From: Bacteroidota bacterium
GTDB lineage: Bacteria > Bacteroidota > Bacteroidia > Bacteroidales > Tenuifilaceae
Assembly: GCA_040752515.1 (NCBI GenBank)
Contig: JBFMGQ010000013.1
Span: 4,909 to 68,908 of the forward strand
Length of the DNA: 64,000 bases
Direction: 5' to 3'
Positions 9,917 to 19,313 of this stretch are shown piece after piece. The stretch's first letter is position 1, and the number at the start of each line of letters is the position of its first letter. Below the pieces are notes generated by a model, which was not told the DNA's origin, did no database searches, and saw only the letters and a program-made list of their open reading frames with translations. A program made the translations under genes and the position numbers.

Positions 9917-10198
9917 GGTTTGGTTTGGTTAAGTTTGGTTCATCAAGTTAGTTCATACTTTATGCATTGTCAACTTTATTTTCATGTATTTGATAAACGA
10001 GCATAAAGTGATGGCTATTTCAATTAGTTCTATTACCAACACAAGCTTATTATTGGTGAGGTTTTAATTCCAAATAAATAGAATCAACTTTTATAGAATT
10101 AGTTTGATTTCATTGAATTTAAGGGAGTTGCAGTGTTTAATAAGAGAAACCAAAAAATATGAAGTTAAAAAGAAACCACGCCAGAAGCATAGTTTTAA

Positions 10199-10489
10199 GT
10201 GGTTGGGGCAGAGCCAGTCCCGCGGAGCGGGAACTCGAACCTGCGAAAAGAAACCGAAAGGATATTTGCAGAAGAGAGTGGGTTAAGGAGTTAACCGGAA
10301 AATTAAACAGAAAACCCCGCGCAAGGCGGGGTTTAATTTTTTTGTAGCGGGGGCAGAGCCAGTCCCGCGGAGCGGGAACTCGAACCTGCGAAAAGAAATC
10401 GAAAGGATATTTGCAGAAGAGAGTGGGTTAAGGAGTTAACCTAAAAATAAAACAGAAAACCCCGCGCAAGGCGGGGTTTAATTTTTTTG

Positions 10490-10494
<5 letters not shown>
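10199..10494 (-). repeat. Two tandem 145-bp units, each with a hairpin-interrupted tRNA-Met 3' end and a terminator copy
   Basis: ggggcag recurs at 10205, 10350 and 10495 (period 145); the units differ at about 4 positions. Confidence 0.9.
10456..10479 (-). terminator. Terminator of tRNA-fMet (duplicated at 10311-10334)
   Basis: aaaccccgc-gcaag-gcggggttt with a minus-strand U-tract. Confidence 0.75.
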
Positions 10495-10562
<68 letters not shown>

Positions 10563-10578
10563 ATACTGTTTGCGAGTG

Positions 10579-10609
10579 CAAATATAGTCAAGTTCCCATA
10601 AACAACAAA
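10579..10609 (-). promoter_or_regulatory. Sigma-A promoter of tRNA-fMet
   Basis: Plus strand caaatata (TATATTTG) at 10579 and caaa (TTTG) 19 nt away. Confidence 0.7.
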
Positions 10610-10699
10610 ATCAAATTAATTTTTTTTAACACAACCCGATGTTTTTGCTCTTTGCATATCGTATTTTGCTACATTTCAAATATCTTGCATTCCCATTTG

Positions 10700-12148
10700 A
10701 TGGCATTTATGAGGAAGATATTTGCAGCAAATTTGATTTTCCTGTTACTTCTCAATGGGGTAATAAAACCGCTTTGGATATTTGCTATTGATAGAAATGT
10801 GCAAATAGTGCTGGGTGCTCAAGAGTATGGTTTTTACTTTGCTCTCTTTAATTTCTCGCTCCTTTTCAATTTTTTGCTCGATTTGGGCATCACCAATTTC
10901 AATAATCGTGAAATCAGTTACCATCCTCAAATGGTTTCGCAACAGTTCTCTAACATTGTTGTAATTAAGCTTGTTTTGGCCATAATTTATTCAGTGGTTA
11001 CCGTTGGTTTAGCATTAGCTCTAGGTTTTGGGAGCAGGCATATTGCACTGCTGGCAGTGTTAACGTTAAACCAGTTTTTGGCTTCGTTCCTGCTTTTTGT
11101 TAGATCAAACCTAAATGGACTTCAGCTTTTCAAGGCCGATAGCATTTTGAGTGTTATGGATAAGGTCTTTGTTATTGTTTTGGTATCGTTACTTTTATGG
11201 GGAAATCTGAACTTTAGGTTTACCGTTGAGGTGTTTGCATTAACTCAAACCATTTCATATATTATTACCATTGTTATAGCGTTTTGGCTGCTTAAGGGCA
11301 AATACCGTGTTACTATTCATCCACAATTCGATAGATTCACCATAGCGGATTTAATCAAAAAAGGGTTTCCTTTTGCAGTGCTGGTTTTGCTAATGACTTT
11401 ATATAGCAGGCTCGATACCGTTTTGGTAGAACGGTTAAGCCCTAATGGTGCTGTATCGGCTGGAGTATACGCTCAGGCGTTTAGACTTTTCGATGCCTTC
11501 AATATGTACTCATACCTCTTTGCTGCATTAATGCTACCAATTTTCGCACGCATGATGAGTAACCATGAAGATATCAGGGAGATTTTTAACTTTTCGGTGC
11601 ATCTGCTTATCATTCCCGTTATTGCTATTTCTGTACCAACAATGATTTATAACTACCCCGTAATGAGCATTCTGTATCATGAGCATATTGACATTTCTGC
11701 AAAAGCTTTGGTTTTTCTGATGGGCTCTTTCATTTTTGTTGCATTTGCATACCTTTTTGGAACCGCATTAACTGCAATGGGCAAAATATGGCTACTTTGT
11801 AGGATTTCATTGTTCGTCGTAATATTCGGTTTGCTCTCTATCGTAATACTCATCCCCAGGTTTGGTGTTTTAGGCGCAGCTGTGGCTAACCTTATTGCAA
11901 ACGCATTGGCAGCATTACTCCAGGGCTATTTTTTCATTCGAAATCAAAAGGGGGTAATTGGCAGATCATCGGCTTTAAGAATTTCCCTTTATGTATTCAT
12001 GTACTTTTTACTTGGCTTGATATTTCGGTGTACTGTTGGTAACAATCTGTTAGGTTTTTTAATATCGGTAGCCTCGAGCCTCATCATTATCTTTGGGCTT
12101 CGTTTACTTACATTCAAAGCAGTTTATAGCTTTGTTAAAGGTATATGA
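10700..12148 (+). CDS. Wzx/MurJ-like oligosaccharide flippase (MOP superfamily)
   Basis: 12-14 hydrophobic segments, DLGITNF motif; the ORF-track start at 10520 runs through the tRNA, so the real start is ATG 10700 or 10709. Confidence 0.85.
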   Translation: MAFMRKIFAANLIFLLLLNGVIKPLWIFAIDRNVQIVLGAQEYGFYFALFNFSLLFNFLLDLGITNFNNREISYHPQMVSQQFSNIVVIKLVLAIIYSVVTVGLALALGFGSRHIALLAVLTLNQFLASFLLFVRSNLNGLQLFKADSILSVMDKVFVIVLVSLLLWGNLNFRFTVEVFALTQTISYIITIVIAFWLLKGKYRVTIHPQFDRFTIADLIKKGFPFAVLVLLMTLYSRLDTVLVERLSPNGAVSAGVYAQAFRLFDAFNMYSYLFAALMLPIFARMMSNHEDIREIFNFSVHLLIIPVIAISVPTMIYNYPVMSILYHEHIDISAKALVFLMGSFIFVAFAYLFGTALTAMGKIWLLCRISLFVVIFGLLSIVILIPRFGVLGAAVANLIANALAALLQGYFFIRNQKGVIGRSSALRISLYVFMYFLLGLIFRCTVGNNLLGFLISVASSLIIIFGLRLLTFKAVYSFVKGI

Positions 12149-12190
12149 TAGTGTATTTATCATACCCTTATGTTTAGTTGTCAAAAAGCA

Positions 12191-12222
12191 TTTGCTTTAG
12201 TTCTTTTTTTTTAATACTTTTG
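12191..12222 (+). promoter_or_regulatory. Sigma-A promoter of the siaC pair
   Basis: TTTG (12191) - 20 nt - TACTTTTG (12215). Confidence 0.7.
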
Positions 12223-12260
12223 ACAATAGTCCTTAATTGTTAAGGTTTAATCCTAAGCGA

Positions 12261-12767
12261 ATGGGAATACTCATCGAAAAAACACAGGATTGTCCGTATG
12301 TAAATTTCTCTGAGGAAGGGATTCTGGAAATTGAAGGTCGTTCAATTACCGAAGATCCCTTTACTTTTTGGCAACCTCTCCTGGAATGGGTTGAAAATTA
12401 CTGTCAAAGGCCGATGCCTAACACGAAGGTTATCATTTTTTTAGAGTATTCAAATAGTAGTTCCAATAAGTATATCAGTGAAATTTTCCGTAAGCTCGAG
12501 GAGGTGCATGGCGCTAAAACCCACGTTTCAGTTAAATGGCGCCATGAACTCGAAGACGATGCCATCCTTCAGCTAGGACATGATTTTGCATCAATTTTCG
12601 ATTTACCTTTCGAATTTATTGGGGTAGATGTGGAAAAGGAGCGCTTTAAAAAGATTAAGATTCGTAGCAAGAAAACCGGTAGCGAGGCCATAATTTCCTA
12701 TCGATACTGGGATGCAATTGTTAGAAATGGGCATGGCGATGAGTATCAAATTTTACAAGAATTTTAA
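12261..12767 (+). CDS. siaC: SiaC/DUF1987 regulatory phosphoprotein with a ~40-aa C-terminal extension
   Basis: TQDCPYVNF, GRSITEDP, LEYSNSSS; ATG 12261 preferred to TTG 12237. Confidence 0.8.
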   Translation: MGILIEKTQDCPYVNFSEEGILEIEGRSITEDPFTFWQPLLEWVENYCQRPMPNTKVIIFLEYSNSSSNKYISEIFRKLEEVHGAKTHVSVKWRHELEDDAILQLGHDFASIFDLPFEFIGVDVEKERFKKIKIRSKKTGSEAIISYRYWDAIVRNGHGDEYQILQEF

Positions 12768-12818
12768 TAGTATCTTATTTTTTTGCATATTTGTTTTTTA
12801 GTGATAAAACTTTTGGTT

Positions 12819-13205
12819 ATGCAAAAGTACGAGTTGAGAGAAACGGCAACAACACCATACGTTAACTTCGATCCCGATACCGGCATTATTCGTATGGAGG
12901 GACGATCGATTCCTGAAAATGTTATCGATTTTTACCAACCCATTCTGCGATGGATTGACGAATATTCTGCTAATCCACAACCCGAGACAGTAATTCACTT
13001 AAAGTTTGAGTACTTCAACACCAGCTCCTCAAAACGTATTTTTGATATCATGAAAAAGTTCGAAAAGCTTGCTGTTGATAGCGGTAAAAAGGTTACCATA
13101 AATTGGTATTTCGAGGAAGACGATGAAGATATTTACTTTGCTGGCAACGATTACAAGGCTTTGATTAATAAGGTGGATTTTAATCTGGTCGAAATTAAAG
13201 GCTAA
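12819..13205 (+). CDS. siaC: SiaC/DUF1987 regulatory phosphoprotein
   Basis: TATTPYVNFD, GRSIPEN, FEYFNTSSSK, INWYFEEDDED. Confidence 0.88.
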   Translation: MQKYELRETATTPYVNFDPDTGIIRMEGRSIPENVIDFYQPILRWIDEYSANPQPETVIHLKFEYFNTSSSKRIFDIMKKFEKLAVDSGKKVTINWYFEEDDEDIYFAGNDYKALINKVDFNLVEIKG

Positions 13206-13226
13206 TAGTTTAATTTGATTGGCATG

Positions 13227-13254
13227 AATCACCCCGACGGGGTGATTGTTTTTT
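13227..13254 (+). terminator. Terminator-like hairpin abutting the HD-protein start codon
   Basis: aatcacccc-gac-ggggtgatt followed by gtttttt, then ATG at 13255. Confidence 0.65.
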
Positions 13255-14514
13255 ATGAATGGGACTAATAAGAAGAAAATTGTTAACGATCCGGTTCATG
13301 GCTTCATCAGCATTAGCCACCCTCTCATATTTGATTTAATTGAACATCCCTACTTTCAGCGGCTACGAAACATTAAGCAACTTGGATTAAGTTATCTTGT
13401 TTACCCTGGGGCTGTTCATTCCCGTTTTCAGCATTGCATTGGGGCCATGCATTTACTCGATTTGGCCATTGAAACCCTGCGGGGTAAGGGACTCGAAATT
13501 ACAGATCGGGAAGCCGAAGCGGCTGCAGTGGCAATCCTGCTTCACGATATTGGGCACGGCCCTTTCTCTCATGCCCTGGAGCATGTGATTGCAAACGATA
13601 TTAGTCACGAACACCTTAGCCGCTGCTTCCTTTACCAGCTAAACAAGGAGTTTGACGGCAAACTGTCGCTTGCTATTGATATTTTCGAAGATAAATATCC
13701 AAGACATTTCCTACACCAGCTTATTTCGGGGCAACTCGACATGGACCGTATGGATTACCTTAAACGCGACAGTTTTTTCACTGGTGTATCAGAGGGGATA
13801 ATTGGTACCGAGCGAATTATTAAAATGTTGAATGTGGCCAACGATACTTTAGTGGTTGAGGCCAAGGGAATATACTCCATCGAAAAATTTCTGATTGCCC
13901 GCAGGCTAATGTACTGGCAGGTTTACCTTCACAAAACAGTTGTGGCTGCTGAGCAGGTGCTAATTAAATTGCTTGAACGTGCCAAGGAGTTATTATCACA
14001 GGACCATGATATTGCGTGCAATGGGGCATTATTATTCTTACTAAAAAACAGGTTAACCAAAGCTGATTTTTTCCCCAATGCCACCGGTATGGAGGCTCCT
14101 GTTCCTCTCCAGCACTTTGCCTCGATTGATGATAACGATGTTATGGTTGCGGCTAAGCAATGGATGCACCATAGCGATAAAGCCCTATCACATCTTGCCA
14201 CTATGATTGTTAATCGCCGATTACCAAGCGTTGAGTTGAACAGCACTGGTTTCGATAGCTTAAGGCTAAACCGCTTGGTGGCAGAATTTAAAAAGCAGCA
14301 TGTCGATTTAGCCGATTTCTACAACTACTTTGTTTTCACCGATTCCATTAGCATTAATGCTTATAGCCCAGGCGAAGAAGCAATTCAAATTCTTTACAAC
14401 AACGGCAAGCTGATTGATATAGCCATTGCATCGGATATGCTCAATGCTAGGGCGTTATCCGATGAAACCAAAAAATTTTTTATTTGTTACCCTAAACAGC
14501 TTAGGGGCATTTAG
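13255..14514 (+). CDS. HD-domain phosphohydrolase (dNTP triphosphohydrolase-like)
   Basis: NDPVHG, FQRLRNIKQLG, HSRFQH, LLHDIGHGPFSH, QLDMDRMDYLKRD. Confidence 0.88.
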   Translation: MNGTNKKKIVNDPVHGFISISHPLIFDLIEHPYFQRLRNIKQLGLSYLVYPGAVHSRFQHCIGAMHLLDLAIETLRGKGLEITDREAEAAAVAILLHDIGHGPFSHALEHVIANDISHEHLSRCFLYQLNKEFDGKLSLAIDIFEDKYPRHFLHQLISGQLDMDRMDYLKRDSFFTGVSEGIIGTERIIKMLNVANDTLVVEAKGIYSIEKFLIARRLMYWQVYLHKTVVAAEQVLIKLLERAKELLSQDHDIACNGALLFLLKNRLTKADFFPNATGMEAPVPLQHFASIDDNDVMVAAKQWMHHSDKALSHLATMIVNRRLPSVELNSTGFDSLRLNRLVAEFKKQHVDLADFYNYFVFTDSISINAYSPGEEAIQILYNNGKLIDIAIASDMLNARALSDETKKFFICYPKQLRGI

Positions 14515-14556
14515 ATTAAATTAATTAGTTTTGCAGATTGTTTACAATAATATAAT

Positions 14557-15603
14557 ATGGAATTTACAGCAAAGCTTATAGCTGATTACTTGGGAGGTTC
14601 AGTTGAGGGCGATCCCAACGTGAAGGTTCATACAGTGGCTAAAATTGAGGAGGGATTTCCCGGTTCGCTTGCTTTCCTGGCTAATCCGAAATACATACCT
14701 TACATTTATACCACTAAGGCATCCATTGTCCTAGTAAATAACGATTTTGTTCCCGATCAGCCCGTTGAGGCTACCCTTGTGAGGGTAAATAACGCTTACG
14801 AGGCTTTTGCATCGTTACTGAATTTGTATGCCCAATCAAAACAGCCCAGAAGCGGTATTGAGGAGCCTTCGTTCATACATAAATCAGCCAAAATTGGTAA
14901 AAATCCATATATTGGTGCATTCACCTATATTGCCGAAGACGCCATTTTAGGTGATAATGTGAAAATTTACCCCCAGGTTTACATTGGGCCAAGAGTTAAG
15001 GTGGGCGACAATACCATAATTTACCCGGGTGTAGTGATCTACGAGGAGTGTGTAATAGGTAGCAACTGCATTATTCATAGCGGAGCTATTATTGGCGCCG
15101 ATGGTTTTGGTTTTGCATCGAGCGAGGATACCAACTACAAGAAAATCCCTCAAATTGGCAATGTGATAATTGAGGATTATGTTGAAATTGGAGCCAATGC
15201 AACGGTTGACAGGGCTACCATGGGCTCGACAATACTCCGTAAAGGGGTTAAAATTGATGACCATGTGCACATTGCCCACAATGTTGAGGTTGGAGAAAAT
15301 ACTGTTATGGCTGCCCAAACAGGGGTTGCCGGCTCGACCAAGATAGGCAAAAACTGCATGTTTGGAGGTCAGGTTGGAGTAAGCCCCCATGTGAAAATTG
15401 CCGATGGGGTTAAAGCTGGGGCTCAGGCAGGTATATCGGGCGACATCAAAAAACCTGGCGTAATAGTTTTAGGAAGCCCTGCCAATGAAATCAGTAAACA
15501 ACGCCGTTCAATGGCGGTGTATAAAAATCTACCCGAGCTGATGAATAAAATTCATGAGCTGGAAAAGGTAGTTGAAGAATTACGAACGAAACTTAATGGT
15601 TAA
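14557..15603 (+). CDS. lpxD: UDP-3-O-(3-hydroxyacyl)glucosamine N-acyltransferase
   Basis: Hexapeptide repeats, [19 protein letters not shown]. Confidence 0.95.
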   Translation: MEFTAKLIADYLGGSVEGDPNVKVHTVAKIEEGFPGSLAFLANPKYIPYIYTTKASIVLVNNDFVPDQPVEATLVRVNNAYEAFASLLNLYAQSKQPRSGIEEPSFIHKSAKIGKNPYIGAFTYIAEDAILGDNVKIYPQVYIGPRVKVGDNTIIYPGVVIYEECVIGSNCIIHSGAIIGADGFGFASSEDTNYKKIPQIGNVIIEDYVEIGANATVDRATMGSTILRKGVKIDDHVHIAHNVEVGENTVMAAQTGVAGSTKIGKNCMFGGQVGVSPHVKIADGVKAGAQAGISGDIKKPGVIVLGSPANEISKQRRSMAVYKNLPELMNKIHELEKVVEELRTKLNG

Positions 15604-15656
15604 TAAATGAAGGCGCGTATTACGCCTTTTTGTCGTTTAACTGAAATTTTACGCAA

Positions 15657-17054
15657 ATGACAGATAAACAAAGAACTATAGCACAAGCAGTTACCTTAAC
15701 GGGCAAGGGATTACATACCGGAGCCGAGGTTGAGGTTTCAATTCTACCAGCCGATGTTAACACCGGCATTATTTTCCAACGTACCGATATGGAAGGTCAG
15801 CCCAAAATTGAAGCGGTTGCCGATAATGTTATTGATACCTCCAGGGGGACAACTATTGCGGTTAAAAATGCCAAGGTTAGCACCATTGAACATATGATGG
15901 CTGCTCTTTACGGCATGGGAATCGATAACGCACTTGTACAGGTAAATGGCCCCGAAATGCCTATTATGGATGGCAGCTCAAAGTATTTTGTTGAGGCCAT
16001 TGCAAAAGTAGGAACCATTGAGCAAGGTGCTGAACGTAACTATCTTTGCATAAAGGAGAAGATGGTTTACACCGATGAAAAGAACAACATCGAAATTGTA
16101 ATCTACCCCGACGATAAGCTAAGTATCGACGTAATGGTCGATTACAACTCAAGAGTGCTTGGACACCAGTACGCCAAGATGAACTCAATTGAGGAGTTCC
16201 CTGAACAGATATCGCCTTGCCGTACCTTTGTGTTCTTCCATGAACTTGAGGTGCTTTTAAAACATAATCTCATTAAAGGTGGCGATTTAGAGAACGCCAT
16301 AGTGGTTATGGAGCACAAGGTGCCCCAGGAAGAACTCGATCGAATTGCCGATCTCTTTAATAAACCTCATATTGCCGTTAAGCCAGAGGGGATTTTGAAT
16401 AATCTCGATTTACACTTCGATAACGAACCTGCCCGCCACAAACTGCTCGACATGGTTGGCGATTTTGCCCTTGTTGGGGCTCGCATTAAAGGGAAAATTA
16501 TTGCCATGCGTCCCGGACACAAGGCTAATACTGAGTTTGCAAAAGTTCTCAGGAAACATTATAAGCAGGAGCGCTTAAAACCCGTTGCCCCTGAGTACGA
16601 TCCCAACAAGCCCCCTTTAATGGATGTGAACCAGATTATGAAGATACTCCCTCATCGCCATCCCTTCCTACTTATCGACAAAATACTATACATGGATGGC
16701 ACTACCGTGGTGGGTATGAAGAACGTTACCATGAACGAGGCTTTCTTTGTGGGGCATTTCCCTGGTGAACCTGTTATGCCAGGCGTGCTCCAGGTTGAAG
16801 CAATGGCACAAACAGGGGGTATTCTTGTTCTTAATACCGTTCCCGATCCAGAGAATTACCTTACTTATTTCTTAAAGATTGATCAGGTTCGCTTTAAGCG
16901 AAAAGTTGTTCCCGGCGATACCATTCTGTTTAAGTGCTTCCTCAACGAACCCATTCGTAGGGGAATAGCTAACATGACCGGACAAGCATTTGTTGGCGAT
17001 CAGTTAGTTATGGAAGGAATACTTATGGCGCAAATAACTAAAGTTAAGGAATAA
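15657..17054 (+). CDS. lpxC/fabZ: Bifunctional LpxC/FabZ
   Basis: GKGLHTG, STIEH, RHKLLD; C-terminal ILPHRHPFLL, GHFP, PGVLQVEAMAQ. Confidence 0.95.
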   Translation: MTDKQRTIAQAVTLTGKGLHTGAEVEVSILPADVNTGIIFQRTDMEGQPKIEAVADNVIDTSRGTTIAVKNAKVSTIEHMMAALYGMGIDNALVQVNGPEMPIMDGSSKYFVEAIAKVGTIEQGAERNYLCIKEKMVYTDEKNNIEIVIYPDDKLSIDVMVDYNSRVLGHQYAKMNSIEEFPEQISPCRTFVFFHELEVLLKHNLIKGGDLENAIVVMEHKVPQEELDRIADLFNKPHIAVKPEGILNNLDLHFDNEPARHKLLDMVGDFALVGARIKGKIIAMRPGHKANTEFAKVLRKHYKQERLKPVAPEYDPNKPPLMDVNQIMKILPHRHPFLLIDKILYMDGTTVVGMKNVTMNEAFFVGHFPGEPVMPGVLQVEAMAQTGGILVLNTVPDPENYLTYFLKIDQVRFKRKVVPGDTILFKCFLNEPIRRGIANMTGQAFVGDQLVMEGILMAQITKVKE

Positions 17055-17863
17055 TGACACAGCATAGCAACACATTTATTCATCCGGATGCTAAAATTGG
17101 CAAGGATGTAACCATAGGCCCATTCTCATACATTGCAGGCGATGTTGTAATAGGCGATGGCACTTGGATTGGCCCAAATGTTACAATTATGGATGGGGCA
17201 CGCATTGGTAAGAACTGCCGTATTTTCCCCGGTGCAGTTATTTCGGCCATACCCCAAGATTTGAAGTTTAAGGGCGAAATAACTACCGCTGAAATTGGCG
17301 ATAACACTACCATTCGCGAATGTGCTACTGTAAACCGCGGAACTGCCTCGAGAGGGAAAACGGTTGTGGGCAGCCATTGCCTTTTAATGGCTTACTCGCA
17401 CATTGCCCACGATTGTATCCTCAAGGATCATATCATCATAGGTAATGGAACTCAAATTGCCGGTGAGGTAGAAATTGACGACCATGCTATCCTTAGCGCT
17501 CATGTGCTTGTGCATCAGTTTGAACGTATAGGCGCCCATGTGATGATTCAGGGAGGATCAAAAGTAAATAAGGATATTCCTCCTTTTATTATTGCTGCTC
17601 GCGAACCGTTAACCTTTGCTGGTATCAATCTAGTTGGACTTCGCCGAAGAGGGTTTACTGCCCAGCAAATTGGCACCATACAGGAGCTATACCGCAATAT
17701 TTATAATAAGGGCATGAATGTTAGCCAGGCACTTGCTTACATTGAAGAGAACATGGAGCCTACCCCCGAACGCGAAATGGTAACCTCATTTATCAAAAAC
17801 TCTAAGCGAGGCATAGTTAGGGAGTACACAGGTTCCAATCCCGACGAGGGTGTTGAACTTTAA
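17054..17863 (+). CDS. lpxA: Acyl-ACP--UDP-GlcNAc O-acyltransferase
   Basis: Hexapeptide repeats, PQDLKF, TVNRGT, MAYSHIAHDC. Confidence 0.95.
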   Translation: MTQHSNTFIHPDAKIGKDVTIGPFSYIAGDVVIGDGTWIGPNVTIMDGARIGKNCRIFPGAVISAIPQDLKFKGEITTAEIGDNTTIRECATVNRGTASRGKTVVGSHCLLMAYSHIAHDCILKDHIIIGNGTQIAGEVEIDDHAILSAHVLVHQFERIGAHVMIQGGSKVNKDIPPFIIAAREPLTFAGINLVGLRRRGFTAQQIGTIQELYRNIYNKGMNVSQALAYIEENMEPTPEREMVTSFIKNSKRGIVREYTGSNPDEGVEL

Positions 17864-17871
17864 GTATAACT

Positions 17872-17897
17872 TGCCGGCTTTTGCCGGCATTTTTTTT
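17872..17897 (+). terminator. Intrinsic terminator
   Basis: tgccggc-tttt-gccggca followed by a T-run. Confidence 0.8.
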
Positions 17898-17927
17898 GCT
17901 TTACGTTAATCCCTTTTAGTATATTTG
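17895..17927 (+). promoter_or_regulatory. Sigma-A promoter of waaA
   Basis: TTTG - 21 nt - TATATTTG. Confidence 0.65.
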
Positions 17928-17951
17928 ACTCAACATTAACATTCTTTCTTT

Positions 17952-19181
17952 ATGGTATTTTTGTATAACCTTTCAATAAGGGTTTACTGGGTGCTGGTTA
18001 TTCTGACATCGGCATTTAACACCAAGGCAAAACAATTCTATAGGGGTAGGAAAGGGATTTGGGAACGTATTAAAAGCCAGGTTGAGCCGGGCGCGCATAT
18101 TATTTGGGTTCACTGCTCCTCGTTAGGTGAGTTTGAACAGGGCCGGCCAGTTATAGAGGCTATCAAGCAAAATAAGCCCAATGCCAAAATATTGCTTACT
18201 TTCTTTTCTCCTTCGGGTTATGAGGTACGAAAGAATTACTCAGGAGCCCATTACATTTTCTACTTACCCCTCGACACCTATTCCAATGCACGGAGATTCA
18301 TTAAAATGGTAAACCCGGCCATGGCCATTTTTATTAAGTATGAGTTTTGGTATCATTACCTCAATGAGTTGAAGAAAAAGAATATACCCACCTACCTGGT
18401 GTCGGCCATTTTCCGACCCGACCAGGTATTCTTTAAGCCCTATGGTGGTTGGTACCGTAAGTTCTTAAAATCCTTTACTTACTTTTTTGTACAGAATCAG
18501 CAATCGAGGGAATTACTTGAAAAAATTGGTTTTACCAATGTGGTGGTTACAGGTGATACCCGATTCGACAGGGTTGCAAGAATTGCAGCCGACGCTAAAA
18601 GCATTCCTATTGTAGAGAGTTTTGCCGGCAACCATAAAGTACTTGTAGCCGGAAGTACTTGGCCTAAAGATGAAGAGGTGTTACTGCCAATGATAAAAAA
18701 GTTTCCGGAACTAAAAATTGTGGTAGTTCCGCATGAGGTAACCGAGTCGCATGTTAATGATATTTTAAGCAAAGCTCCAGTTAGGGCAGTTCGGTTTACC
18801 AAAACAAATACCGACGATGTTAAGCAGGCTGGAATCCTTGTTGTTGATACCGTTGGGCTGCTATCATCAATTTACAGGTACGGTTATGTAGCCTATGTTG
18901 GCGGGGGATTTGGTGTAGGCATTCACAACACGCTGGAAGCAGCAGCATACGGTATTCCCGTAATATTTGGCCCTAATTACCAAAAATTCCAAGAAGCCAA
19001 AGATTTATTAGCCTGCAAAGCAGGATTTTCTATTAAAACTTCCGATGAGCTATCGGATTTACTAAACTTATTGCTCTTCGATAAAAAAATGTATTTGACA
19101 TCGGCAAGCGAAGCAAAACAATTGGTAAATTCAAACGTTGGAGCTACCCAGAAAATTATTGGAATTATTACAACTTCATGA
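17952..19181 (+). CDS. waaA: Kdo transferase
   Basis: WVHCSSLGE, YLPLD, GDTRFD, VPHE, GIHNTLEAAAYG. Confidence 0.93.
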   Translation: MVFLYNLSIRVYWVLVILTSAFNTKAKQFYRGRKGIWERIKSQVEPGAHIIWVHCSSLGEFEQGRPVIEAIKQNKPNAKILLTFFSPSGYEVRKNYSGAHYIFYLPLDTYSNARRFIKMVNPAMAIFIKYEFWYHYLNELKKKNIPTYLVSAIFRPDQVFFKPYGGWYRKFLKSFTYFFVQNQQSRELLEKIGFTNVVVTGDTRFDRVARIAADAKSIPIVESFAGNHKVLVAGSTWPKDEEVLLPMIKKFPELKIVVVPHEVTESHVNDILSKAPVRAVRFTKTNTDDVKQAGILVVDTVGLLSSIYRYGYVAYVGGGFGVGIHNTLEAAAYGIPVIFGPNYQKFQEAKDLLACKAGFSIKTSDELSDLLNLLLFDKKMYLTSASEAKQLVNSNVGATQKIIGIITTS

Positions 19182-19210
19182 AAGGTTCGGCTTCAAACGT
19201 TTGCGGGGGT

Positions 19211-19225
19211 TTAACAATTTGTTAA
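19211..19225. promoter_or_regulatory. Palindromic candidate operator TTAACAA-T-TTGTTAA
   Basis: Perfect 7-bp dyad about 90 nt upstream of the TonB receptor. Confidence 0.4.
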
Positions 19226-19313
19226 TGATTTTGAAAGTTTGTTTTGTTTGTTATTGCATAATTTTGATACTCAAATTTTCACTTAAATTAACTAACAACT
19301 AAATCAAAAGCCT

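Noticed and set aside
10310-10480. ccccgcgcaaggcgggg resembles a type I-E CRISPR repeat
   Set aside because: Only two copies, the intervening sequences are near-identical rather than unique spacers, no cas genes are present, and it behaves as the tRNA terminator.
12204-12212. Poly-T tract in the siaC promoter spacer as a phase-variation switch
   Set aside because: Nine T's is unremarkable in these AT-rich intergenic regions, and the spacing is already canonical.
13255-19181. HD-lpxD-lpxC/fabZ-lpxA arrangement and the LpxC-FabZ fusion as novelty
   Set aside because: Ordinary for Bacteroidetes.
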